Source: Octopus sinensis (taxonomy: Eukaryota). From it: a stretch of DNA of 64,000 bases. Below the pieces are notes generated by a model. That model had not been told where the DNA came from, made no database searches, and saw only the letters and a program-made list of their open reading frames with translations. How positions within the stretch are numbered: position 1 is the stretch's first letter; each line of letters starts with the position of its first letter. Made by a program: the position numbers and the translations under genes. Below are positions 38,146 through 50,705 of this stretch, piece by piece. The DNA lies in NCBI RefSeq assembly GCF_006345805.1, contig NC_043001.1, positions 93,930,001 through 93,994,000 on the forward strand. The letters run 5' to 3'.

Positions 38146-38300
38146 ATATGTAGCGAGAATTCACTACTAAAAAAAAAGACAGGTGGTGTAGACAAGAAAC
38201 AGATGTAGTAGTTAACGGTCGAGAAGTGAAGAAGACTTTAACGTTTCGAGCCTACGCTCTTCCACAGAAAGAAACAAGGAGAGAAAATAAGGAATATATA
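37755..38300. repeat. Inverted pair of hammerhead-like units (CUGUGGA core): + at 37795-37830, - at 38236-38271
   Basis: cttt CTGTGGA a gagc-gtag-gctc GAAA cgt(a/t) aaag in both orientations; the homologous flanks face each other across (TA)n. Confidence 0.7.
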
Positions 38301-39223
38301 TATATATAAATATATATGCCCTGGACATGAATGTGTTTATGATTGTGAAACTGATATGAAAATATGTGCACGCATGCTACCTCATCAGCAACAAATCAGA
38401 TTACTAGTAGATAATATCTTTCTCAATCTATTCACTCGTATTTGAATTTTGAAATATGCGACAAGGGAGCAATGCTGAAGAACACTAATAAGCTAAATTT
38501 TAAGAAATAAATTTAAAAAAGAATACTCAAATCAACGAATTTACTATTTAAACAAAAGACAAAATTAGGTTACCAAAAAGCAACATATTTAGATTTCTTT
38601 TGAGCGAAATTTATAAGAGAGAGTTGCCTGAAAATGAAAGAAGGCAGGCTTATTGCAATTATATATAATATATATATGAATAGTAAACGGAGGAAAAATA
38701 TAAAACAGCAGAAAAAGAAAAATCAAGCTACACATTGTCGCAGTGAATATTTATTCTTTATCATTTCCGGGTATGAACGGCTTTTTGCTATTCAAGCATT
38801 TATAAACATCTACACGTGTCAGCATGTTAGTAAAATAGCGAAGATCGTCGTAACAGACATTTACAGTCTTTATATGAAACCAATGATACGATATGCTCAT
38901 ATCTGTAATATATTTTATTAATTTCTAGAGCAAATCTCTTTTGCAAGTTCATTTTAAATCCTATTTTATTTTTAGGTTCGGTGAAACAAAGTGCGCTTTT
39001 TAAAGTACGTTAAACCTGAAATGGAGTTTAATCGTGTTGTTGATATTTCTACTCTTTCCGTATATTTCCGCTTCTAACAACAGGATGTATATTAACTGTT
39101 CATTTCTTTTGCGATTCCCATCGTTCTCTTTTGATGACATGTCATGCTTCTCGTGCATCAATAGCTTCGTGAATACTTGGCTCAGAGAAACGCCTAAGTT
39201 CCTGGAAAGGATGCTGAATATAT

Positions 39224-39293
<70 letters not shown>

Positions 39294-39326
39294 TATATAC
39301 ATACATATATATATATATATACATAC

Positions 39327-39357
<31 letters not shown>

Positions 39358-39560
39358 CGTTCGTGCGTGTGTGTGCGTGAGTGTGTATGTGATTGTATAT
39401 GTGTGTATTTGTATATATGTGTATATACATATATGCAGTCATTTCCACATATACAACTTGGATGCGTTTTAAAAACATCTTCCTTCAAATTTTACTTACA
39501 TATAACATTATTGCTTGAAGCGTCATGTTTCGTTGCATATATATATGTATGTATATATAT

Positions 39561-39635
<75 letters not shown>

Positions 39636-39675
39636 ATGCGCGCGTGTGTGTATGTATGTATGATTAAGCACAGAC

Positions 39676-39849
39676 ATACAGAAGCGTGTCTGTGTGGTAA
39701 GTAGCTTCCTTCGCAACAGCATTGTTCCAAGTTCAGTCTCACTTCCTGGCAACTTGGGCAAGTGTCTTCTATTATAGCCACGGACCAACCAATGACTTGT
39801 GAGGGGATTTGGTAGACGGAAACTGAAAAACGCCATTCGCGTAAGCGTG

Positions 39850-39899
<50 letters not shown>

Positions 39900-40078
39900 T
39901 GTCAATGTTTGTTCAGCAACTCTCGCTTGACAGCCGATGTGGTGTGTTGACGTCACCGTAATCTAGCGGTTCGGCATATTAGATGATATAATACCTAAAT
40001 AATAGGCCTACAAAGAATAAGTCCCGCGATCGATTTCTGCGACTAAAAACCCCTAAGGTGGTGCTCCAGCATGGCCGT
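39676..40078 (+). mobile_element. SINE family B
   Basis: Head, CORE-like ttgggcaagtgtcttct, TA/TG interior and 3' part. Confidence 0.88.
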
Positions 40079-40132
40079 GAATTGCTGGTGATTTTCTTTC
40101 CTCCACCTTTTCTTTCTGTTGGACTTTCCTCT

Positions 40133-40167
40133 GTTTCTGAAGAAGAGCTTTGCTTGAAACGTTAAAC
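40133..40167 (+). ncRNA. Apparently intact 35-nt minimal hammerhead motif within a ~160 bp repeat unit (about 40095-40255)
   Basis: gttt CTGAAGA a gagc-ttt-gctt GAAA cGTT aaac; related units at 45320-45470 (-) and 58080-58290 (-). Confidence 0.7.
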
Positions 40168-40253
40168 CATCTTTCTTTCCTTCCTTGAGCGTCTGCTATT
40201 ACATTACATGTACCACGTCCTCGCCTTGTTGTTCTTTGTTTTCTTGGATTTAC

Positions 40254-40341
<88 letters not shown>

Positions 40342-41014
40342 AAAGCTTATATGGATATAGGACGTCACCAACAATAAACAACATGGAATACGAAAACAAA
40401 TGAGTTCAATACGCAAACAACAAGAGAAATAAATGGCAAACAGGACAAGTAACACAAAGAACGAAACTTCATCAGTTGTCGGCTGTCTATCCACTCCTCA
40501 TTTCGAGCATTAAAGGACAATATGTACCAAAATAAAATTTGGGATTTATGGCAGGACATTGGAGGCATAAATGGAAATCGAGCCAAAACAAACATGCAAG
40601 GTCGTTAGACCGGAACGAGGATAAAATAGTGAACGCTGGAGAAATATTTTCTTTGACAAGGGAAAAGACAGAAGAGAGACAGATAGGAAAGTCCAGTTCT
40701 TAGGACAGTCCTGAAGGAAAAGAAAGATGATAACGCGAGGAAAAGAAAGATAGACGATGATCACGTGTGAGCAACGAAAAAGGGTGAGAGAGAGAAAGAG
40801 AGAGAGAAAGAGAGTGAGAAAATGGTGAATGGGAGAAAAAGGGAACTAGACAAAAAGATGAGTGAGCGAAAAAAGAATGAGAAAACGATGAGGGAGAAAA
40901 CAGAATAAATATATATGTATATATATATATATTTGCAACGGAAGCAGAATTAGTACCATAGTACCAAAAGGTAATCGAACGAAACATGGATACTTCATTA
41001 GAGTATATATATAT

Positions 41015-41047
<33 letters not shown>

Positions 41048-41764
41048 AGTAAGAGAGAGAGATAAATAGATATAGCTATTTAAACAATATATGTGCGTAC
41101 ATACAAGCATTATGTTATATGTGCATGCATATGAATCTCCAGTATGTGTACATGTATACATAAATGAAGAAATATTCAATGCTAGTTGCAGATGGTAGCA
41201 TTGTCAGTAATATGTTAATTTCAAGATAAGCAAGGAGACTGCAATCAAAAACCGTATTACATAAATAACTTCAGGGAAATTCGTAAGACACCCTAAAGCA
41301 CTCACACACACACACACACATGTGCGGGTACACACACATTCACACCCCAAAAATAAAAGAGTACCTATAGTGGATGTTAATACACTCACAGTTGTGCTCT
41401 ACGAATTATTAATCAATTAAAATTACGCGCTTTGGAGGGCAAACATATGATTATCAGAATGATTAACTGAAAGAAAAGAAATTTTGGAGAAATATCCCCG
41501 GAAATATAAGTGTTATTAATTGAATCGCAAGGACAGTAAATATGCAGAAATTGTGGAACTAGCTGATTATAAAGGCCCTCGTTCTTGACTGAAACATTAT
41601 CTTACGGATTTCAATAGCATAGAAATTTGAAGTTTACCTCCAAGCCATTTGAACGCAGAATGCATATACCCGGTTCAATTGCATCAAGGTATGAATTTCT
41701 GTTGATCTAAAATTTCTGACAATCTACCGCCGTATATTTCTTATTATTTATTCGCAACTCAAAG

Positions 41765-41970
41765 CTACTGATCTGGCAGAATCATTATGGTGTCGGATAA
41801 AAATATTTAATTTGCTTTCCGATTTTACATTCTGAGTTCAAATATTGCTGGGGTTGACTTTACATTTTATAATTTCGAATCCGATAAAATAAATAGCAGT
41901 TAAACACTTCGGTCAATATAATATTCTAGCCCATCCTACACAATTTCAAGCTTTCTCTGTATACTAAAAA
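41765..41970 (+). mobile_element. Highly diverged SINE A
   Basis: ctggcagaatcatt..ttctgagttcaaat..ggttgacttt. Confidence 0.55.
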
Positions 41971-42143
41971 AAAAAAGAATACTAATTAAAGCACTTGTGA
42001 AAAAGTAGTAATTTCCAGTGTTCACATGGCTACAGAGATCTTAGCATTAGACAAATAGTTCTCATCAAATAACCCCGAGGGATGAAAGGTGAAGCTGAAA
42101 TGGAGAGAGAATTGAATTCAGAATGTAAAGATCCTGTACATAT

Positions 42144-42540
42144 AGGCGTGTGGTAAGTAGCTTACTTACCAACCACATGGTTCTGGGTTCAGTCCCATTG
42201 CGTGGCACTTTGGGCAAGTGTATTCTACAATAGCATCGGGCCAACCAAAGCCTTGTGAGTGGATTTGGTAGACGGAAACTGAAAGAAACCCGTCGTAAAT
42301 ATGTATGTATATATATATGTATGTGTATATGTTTGTGTGTCTGTATTTGTCCCCCCAACATCGCTTGACAACCGATGCTGGTGTGTTTACGTCCCCGTCA
42401 GTTAGCGGTTCGGTAAGAGAAGCCGATAGAATAAGTAGGAGGCTTACAAAGAATAAGTCCTGGGGTCGATTTTCTCGACTAAAGGCGGTACTCCAGCATG
42501 GCCGCAGTCAAATGACTGAAACAAATAAAAGAATAAAAGA
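42144..42540 (+). mobile_element. SINE family B, near full length
   Basis: Near-consensus copy. Confidence 0.92.
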
Positions 42541-42699
42541 AAGAAAATTTCATTAGAAAGTTTTTACTGACACTACAAATTTTTCCAACACGCTCACTAA
42601 AAAGTACATATTTGAAATTAAATAAAAATTTGAATGCCGTTCTGATGTTTGAATTTTCTATGAATACTCTATGAGTATTTCCATGTAATTAGTGGTAAT

Positions 42700-43300
42700 T
42701 AGCAAAAAGCAATTTGACCGCTATAGGCGATGATGACAAAGTAGATAGAAGTATGTCACTTCGTCTCTTGTATATGCAGGTCACAGTGCATTTGTGAGCA
42801 GACAGCTCACTGCTTCAAATTTTCCATTCTTATACTGCAAGTTGTTTTGCTCAACCAACTTTTATATTGTACTCAGATCCCGCTGCAACGTTGAGACATC
42901 GCCAGAGTTCCTTATTGCTTGTGATAATTTTTTATTCATCCGTGTATCTGGTGACAGTGGCTGTCTGAGTGACTGTATAAGAGAGCCTAAATAAACAGTA
43001 ATGTCACCAAGATATTTCCTAGCGGGTGCTAATGAGAATTTGTGTTTTCCAAGACAAACCACAATTGGTTGCAACTGCCTTATGTTATCTTCTAAGAAGT
43101 CATGTAGCCACTCGCTTGCAGGCGGTCATTTATCATGCCATGATCCTTCACGTAGCACCTTCTTCAAAACTCAAACATAATACCTTAAGAGCTACGTGAG
43201 GTAGCTTCTTCCTGGACGAAAACCATCGTGTGTATCACTCGGCAAGTAAACGTCATCAATTTCCTTCTGACGATTCGTTTTATGTTCCTTATGATATAGA
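42700..43300 (-). mobile_element. Decayed CR1-clade RT fragment
   Basis: PLGNILVTLLFI (PQG.VLGPLLF equivalent) and TVTRYTDE*KLSQAIRNSGDVSTLQRDLSTI*KLVEQNNLQYKNGKF (YADD region). Confidence 0.75.
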
Positions 43301-43468
43301 CTTGTAGCTTTTAGCCTATACTTTGCTTCTGCTTTCATGGATTGGGCATACGATTCAGTTTAGCTTTATGGGAAGTTTACAACTAGCAGGGACACTTCAG
43401 AAAATTATTGGAAGTGGTTTCGCTCACCCTCTCCTCCTAAACACACACACGCACGCACACATGTATGC

Positions 43469-43514
<46 letters not shown>

Positions 43515-44706
43515 GTGTCTGCCCAAGCGCGTCAGTGAGTGCTGAAACGAATGAATATATGAATATAGCTCGGATCCCGTGAAACTGATTAGCAAATTAT
43601 GCACTTTTAAAAGAAAGTAAAAATTCTGAAAATCGGCTATAATAATGTAGTTTTCTAGTCTTATTCCGTGAAAGTATGATTAAATGGGCTCATTTTGCGA
43701 ATGAAACTAACTAAATCCGATGGATCTCGACATATTTGGTTGAATTTATTTGTATTTAATAACAATTTGTTTGAGCTACACGTTACTTAAAGATATGCGA
43801 GTGGAGCCCATGTCGATCTCATTACCTGATTGGTAAGAGAATTTATTTCAGAAAATCTGAGGGTGTAGAAGGGTTCAATGCTCCACATTCACGTAAATAG
43901 ATGAGTTAATTTTTTTACACTGTATATATGACCTCATGCATACACTGTAGCTGTCAACTGTTAAACGTGTATAACAATCTCCTATAAATTATTAATTCTT
44001 GATGTTAAAGATAATGGCTATAAGCAACTTTCACATCAATAACAGCTTCCACAACACTGCCAAGCTTCTGGCCTACACAGCCAAGTAGTTCACAAAAAAG
44101 CAAGGACAAGATCTCCTGCTAGCTATGAGGTGGGTGTTAATTCAAAACTTCCTTCTAGAGAGATATCCAAACAAAGACTACACACTATATCACTCTCACA
44201 AGTTGGATGTCCACTGAGTTCATTGACCGTTTCACACGTTTTGATTTCGCCCTGCAGGGGAGTTCATACGAAAACCACAAACCCTTACGAAGCAGAGTTG
44301 GTAGAGCTGCCATTATAGTCGCCGACTGATCGACAAAATAGCAGCTTGTGCTGGTTACATAATACTACAAGCAATAAGAGTGACGTGATGTATTGTCTAC
44401 ATATGCGTGTATAGGTGTATGAGGGCGTGATTGAGTAACTTTGTATGAATTTATCGGTGCATGTGCATTGCATGTATGTGTGCGTATGGGCTCCCATAAC
44501 TTGATCGATGATGACTGATGAAGTACAATTGAATACGAAAGAGAGTACTCAGCACTCAACATAGAGAAAATTGCCAAAGGGAAATGGACGTTCAAAGCTT
44601 TAGAAATAGAATTAACTTTATTCTGTTTCCAATCACTTCACGAATATGTATGTATGTATGTGTGTGTCTGTGCGTGTGCGCGCGTATATATATGTATATA
44701 TATATA

Positions 44707-44938
44707 TATTTCTTTACTACCCACAAGGGGCTAAACACAGACGGGACAAACAAGGACAGACAAACGGATTAAGTCGATTATATCGACCCCAGTGTGTAAC
44801 TGGTACTTAATTTATCGACCCCGAAAGGATGAAAGGCAAAGTCGACCTCGGCGGAATTTGAACTCGGAACGTGTCGACAGACGAAATACAGCTACGCATT
44901 TCGCCCAGCGTGCTAACGTTTCTGCCAGCTCGCCGCCT
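44707..44938 (-). mobile_element. SINE family A, full length, tail A1
   Basis: Near-consensus copy. Confidence 0.93.
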
Positions 44939-45222
44939 TATACTCTTCATATAATATATTACTGTTAGTGTTAGTGGTTGCGTTGGAGTTATTGATAGAA
45001 ACGCATATTTATACATGCACATTCATGTATACATATATATGTGTGTGTGTGTGTATACATATGTGTGTCTGTGTGTGCGCGTGTATATATATATATATAT
45101 ATAAAACAGTGCTCCGGTATGTAAAGTGACTGAAACAAGTAAAAGAGTAAATGAGTAAAAGAATATATATATATGTGTGTGTACATACATTATATATATA
45201 CACATATATGTGTATACATACA

Positions 45223-45279
<57 letters not shown>

Positions 45280-45319
45280 ATATTATATATATATATGAGT
45301 GTGTGTGTGTGTGTGTGTG

Positions 45320-45470
45320 TAGTTATTCCAAATATGAAAACACAAAGAGGAAACACAATAACGCGAGGACGTGGAACAAGTATAGTGTTATTGGACGCTC
45401 AGGAAAGGAATGGAAGAAGAAGGACTTAACGTTTTGAGCGGAGCTCTTCGTCAGAAACATAGGAAAAGGA
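45320..45470 (-). repeat. Hammerhead-bearing unit, probably inactive (G12 to A)
   Basis: gttt CTGACGA a gagc-tcc-gctc AAAA cgtt at 45424-45458. Confidence 0.65.
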
Positions 45471-45944
45471 ATAAAATTTAATGGACATATAGCGGTACGT
45501 AAACCGACTCGAAAAATCTCTAGTCAGACATTTTCTTCATGTACCTGAAGAGGCCCAGAACGGCTCGAAACATCTGCTGTACACAATAAAGTCTATTACA
45601 CATTCCATCTCATATTTTATTAATACTGTTACCCCAAACGCTACTACGAAGTTCCTGCAGTAAATCTACAGATAACAAAATGTAATCGAAACTGTGCTGG
45701 TGCTTTACTCATCATCTATTTATGCATTTTGTAGAATTTCTCCATTATATATATATACACATATACATATATATATATATATATAACTGTGTGTGTTTCC
45801 TCCCAACGCTACTGGTTGAGCGTAAGCAGTTCGGCAAACGGGACCGGCGGAATAAATATAACTATAAAAATTTAACAATATGCTGTGTGTCGATTTGTTT
45901 GCTTAAACCGTACAAGGAGGTGCTGCAACACGAACAAAGTGCAA

Positions 45945-46562
45945 TTATTCTTTTCTACTGTAGGCACAAGACCCAGAATTTTTGGGGAGTATCCAGTCAA
46001 TTAGATCGACCACAGTACGCATCTGGTATTTAAATTATCGACTCGAATGGATTGAGGCCAAAGTCGACCTCAGCGGAATTTGAACTGTGAACGGAAAGAC
46101 AGACGAAATACCGTGACGCATTTCGCCTGGCGTGCTAAAGTTTCTTATTTCATTATTGCTCACAAGGGTTCTAAAAATAGAGGGAACAAACAAGGGCAGA
46201 CAAAGGGATTAAGTTGATTACATCGACCCCAGTGCATAACTGATACTTAATTTATCGACCCCAACAGGAAGAAAGGCAAAGTCGACCTCGGCGGAATTTG
46301 AACCCAGAATGTAACGACAGACAAAATTACCTGTTTCTTTACTACCCACAAGAGGCTAAACACAGAGAGGACAAACAAAGACAGACAAAGGATTAAGTCG
46401 ATTATATCGACCCCAGTGAGTAACTGGTACTTATTTAATCGACCCCGAAAGGATGAAAGGCAAATTCGATCTAGGCGGAATTTGAACTCTGAACGTAGCA
46501 GCAGACAATATACCGCTGAGCATTTCGCCCGGCGTTCTACCGTTTCTGCCAGCTCCCCGTCT
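45945..46562 (-). mobile_element. Trimeric SINE A composite, copy 1
   Basis: Three head-to-tail A monomers with junctions at 46144/5 (gtttc|ttatttc) and about 46327/8 (gacaaaat|tacctg). Confidence 0.85.
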
Positions 46563-46625
46563 TCCAAAGTGCAGTTATTGAAAAAAATAATAAAAAAGAC
46601 AATATATATATATATATATATATAG

Positions 46626-47075
46626 CAATAATAATTCTCTAAATGAGATATAGACAGTAACTGCTCCATAACATAAGGGACTAAAGCCATCTGAATATGG
46701 CTAGGGACAGGGTAGGGTGGTGGGGTGTTACTGTTGCATTTAGCCCCAGGCGAACATCAACGTCGCCAGATAGGCTTGACACCATCACGGCGTCCTCTAT
46801 CCTGCAAAGGGAGATCATTCCCCGATGAAGCGGAACCACACACGGACCTAGGTTTCAAGGTGTTTGCCTATTACAACGGATGGTAGGCACCGCTTCCTCG
46901 ACGACCACCTCACTCTGGCAGGATATTTATATATAGATTTTCAAGCAAATACATTTGCTGATTTCGAAAATCTGTTCGAAAGCCAATAATAATTCTCTAA
47001 TGAGATATAGACAGTAACTGCTCCATAACATAAGGGACTAAAGTCATCTGAATATGGCTAGGGACAGGGCAGGGT
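46626..47075 (+). repeat. Near-identical ~93 bp direct repeat (46626-46718, 46984-47075) around a 265 bp spacer
   Basis: Three differences counted between the copies. Confidence 0.92.
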
Positions 47076-47157
47076 TATATATATATATATACCGGAGTAA
47101 ACACATAAATGTGAAACAAGGTGGAAAAAGAGTACTCAAATACCAGTGGTAGAGTAA

Positions 47158-47322
47158 TATGCTTTATTTAAGCAGCAGAAAATTCACAAACCTGTGTTAC
47201 TCTGAGTTTCCCGTTACCGTTCATCGGACAGCTTTTGCTAGCAAAACTGTCCGATGAACGGCAGCGGGAAACTCAGAGTAACAGGTTTTGTTGAATCACA
47301 CCTGCTGCTTTGAATAAAGTAT
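47158..47322. repeat. Spacer-less palindrome centred at 47239/47240; each arm holds a CCGATGA hammerhead-like motif
   Basis: gttactctgagtttcccg..ccgttcatcggacag / ctgtccgatgaacgg..cgggaaactcagagtaac around ttttgctagcaaaa. Confidence 0.85.
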
Positions 47323-47419
47323 ATATATATATATCCTATGTTTATCGTCAGCATGGGAAATTCGTTGAACCGAAACCGGGGTGCAAATTCACGTCGAAAC
47401 ACGTGTTTCAACATTGTTT

Positions 47420-47487
47420 CTGACGTTAATTATTTATATAATATATCTATATATAATATATATATATATATATAATTAATATTTAAT

Positions 47488-47557
<70 letters not shown>

Positions 47558-47738
47558 TTATATATATATATATATAATATATTTATATATTATATTATAT
47601 ATATATATTTTATATTTATAAAATTTAATTGTATATATTATAGTATATATTAATATATATATATATAATATTTATATTTATATATATATATATATATAAT
47701 ATATTTATATATTTATAATATATATATTATATATAATT

Positions 47739-47790
<52 letters not shown>
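47420..47790. repeat. Degenerate AT-only microsatellite
   Basis: Directly visible. Confidence 0.95.
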
Positions 47791-47792
<2 letters not shown>

Positions 47793-49020
47793 CTGGTGGT
47801 GTGCCACAGCCTTAGAGCTGAAACATATAAAAAATAAAACATATGTATACATATACACATATACATATAGATACTTGCTCATATATATATATATATATAA
47901 TATATATATATATAATACTCACACAACCCAAACATGTGTTGAGAGCGAGTTAGAGGGAGAGATAAAGTGTTGTGCTGTGTGTGCGTTATAATGCATTTTT
48001 ATATCTGCATGCCTGATGTCGTAGTGTGTGCGCTTCTTGTATATTGAGAATGCTGTGCAAACCGCAATCAGACACATATCTGGATCGACCGATCGTTAAC
48101 TGGATTGATGCATGCACTTATACACGTCCTCACATACACACAACACAGATACTGGCATGCACACATACACACACACGAGTACACATACACGCAAAAGAAA
48201 CACATAGACATGCACGCATTTTATGAATATTTTCATGTGTATGTGAGTTTAATAAATAATTAGATATAGAATGAGATTGAGAGAGGAAGAAATAGCGGTT
48301 GAGTTTGAGAGTGTGTGTGTGTGAGAGAGGAGAGAGAGAGAGAGAGAGAGTGAGTAACAAAAGGGAGAGAGATGGAGAGAGAGAGAGTGATGGAAGAGAA
48401 AGTGTGAATGAGTGACAGAGAGAGAAGGAGAGAGAGAAAAGTAAGTTAAAGAGAGAGAGAGAGAGAAAGGAAGTGTAAGGGAGGGGGTACAGATTGGTAC
48501 ATTGTTAAAAATACAGATAGATAGCTTGATGGATAAATTATACTAGACAGAAAGATCGATTGATAGATCAATAAGCAAATGGAGAAGAGGGAAAGATGGA
48601 TCAATACCTAGGCTAATGGTAAAAAAATATATAACAACCGAAACAAAAAAAAAAAAGGAAAAAAAAAGAAAAATAATAATAAAAAAAGACTGCTTAAACG
48701 TTGTCAGGTAATACCGCTTCTTCGAATGTACTGGGTGTAAAACAGAATTCTTTCTTTAGCATCCCTCGACTCTCACACCTGATTGCTCATATCCTACGTG
48801 TTGCCTTAACACTGGCTTTTCGGTCTCGCTCAACGCAACGTGTAGAAACCATTTATATAAAGCCTTACATTTCAGTATCGAGTGACATCAGAGATGAGAC
48901 CTGAACCAAATATCTCGTATGGTTTTGCTTGAAATGTTTAGTCGTCTATTTTCATTCTTCTATTTCTATTTCATCCCGAGTATCTGAGTATCTGTCACTT
49001 CTTTCATACATTCATTCATT

Positions 49021-49087
<67 letters not shown>

Positions 49088-49840
49088 TCCTCTCATCTCT
49101 GTGTCTTTGTCTCTCCCTCACTCGCTATCTCTCTCTCCCGCTCTGTCTCTCTTCATAAAGGTATACATATTTACCTATATATATATATATTATATATATA
49201 TATGAACGTATGTGTGTGTGTGTATACATATGTATATATATATATATGTGTGTGTATACATATATATACATACGCATATACATATATATAGGTACATCTG
49301 CCTACTATCTATCTATCTATCTATCTATCTCTATCTATCTTCTATATGTGTGGCTGTGTGTGTGTGTATGTCTGTGTGTGCGTCTGTGTATGCGTCTGTG
49401 AGTGTATATCTGTATGTGTATTTGTGCGTGTTTGTATGTGTGTGTGTGTGTATGTCTGCGTGTGTGTGTGTGTGTGTGTGTGTGTATGTCTGTGTGTGTG
49501 TGTGTGTGCACAACAAGCATATTTTCTCTTACTTTCTGCTCAGCTTCCCTCTAATTTCCCTAAACGTTTTCTTATTCCTTTCGCTAATTTTTTTCCCCAT
49601 CTGCTTTTCTGCTCTCTACATCTCTCTACATCTCTCACCTTCCCTCCTTCTTTCTATCACTCTCTTACTTTCCCCCTCTTAACTAAGGCTCCTTATTTCC
49701 CCCCTCCCCATTCTCCGTCTGTTGACTTCCTTTCACTATCTCATTTATTCCTCTCAGCACATAGGATTGACGTATTATTCTATCACTAACCTCTTATTCC
49801 CCGCCTCTTCATTTCCTTAAAGTCACCTTCTCCCTTCCAC

Positions 49841-49886
<46 letters not shown>

Positions 49887-50140
49887 CGCCCGCTCCACCT
49901 ATCACTATTTATTGCATACGAAAAATATATTTTTTAATATATATACATTACAAATACACATGTACAAACATACACACACATACATATGAAAATATTTCGT
50001 TGTTGAATGCGTAAGCACACAGACACACACACACATAGATACATATATATACACACATACATGTATATATGTATATATATAAATATAATTATATATATAT
50101 GAATATATATTTATCTATGTGTATATATATAAATATATAA

Positions 50141-50541
50141 GGCGCAGGAGTGGCTGTGTGGTAAGTAGCTTGCTAACCAACCACATGGTTCTGGGTTCAG
50201 TCCCACTGCGTGGCATCTTGGGTAAGTGTCTTCTGCTATAGCCCCGGGCCAACCAATGCCTTGTGAGTGGATTTGGTAGACAGAAACTGAAAGAAGCCTG
50301 TCGTATATATGTATATATATGTATATGAATGTATATGTGTGTGTGTCCTAGCATTGCTTGACAACCGATGCTGGTGTGTTTACGTCCCCGTCAGTTAGCA
50401 GTTCGGCAAAAGAGACCGATAGAATAAGTACTGGGCTTAAAAAGAATAAGTCCCGGGGTCGATTTGCTCGACTAAAGGCGGTGCTCCAGCATGGCCGCAG
50501 TCAAATGACTGAAACAAGTAAAAGAGTAAAAGAGTAAAAGA
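50141..50541 (+). mobile_element. SINE family B, full length
   Basis: ggcgcaggagtggctgtgtggtaag head to an (aaaagagt)n end. Confidence 0.93.
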
Positions 50542-50663
50542 TACATATGTATATATATAAATATATATCTATATAAATATATATATATATAAGTATACAT
50601 ATATGTATATATATAAATATATATATGTAATTATATAGATGTATGTATATATACGTATGTATG

Positions 50664-50705
<42 letters not shown>

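Noticed and set aside
45541-45585. CTGAAGAggcc..ggctcGAAAcatctgctGTA
   Set aside because: Core is intact but stem I cannot be formed convincingly; left as a possible decayed motif.
45945-47075. Repeat-spacer-like arrays suggesting CRISPR
   Set aside because: Units are 90-230 bp SINE monomers or a single duplication; there are no short regular repeats with unique spacers and no cas genes.
47362-47415. gttgaa..GAAACACGTGTTtcaac hammerhead-like remnant
   Set aside because: Palindromic stem III and stem I are present, but the core has about three mismatches and stem II is poor; not counted.
48854-48878. TATA box plus TCAGT initiator-like motif
   Set aside because: Spacing is about 20 bp rather than about 30, and such motifs are common by chance in AT-rich DNA.
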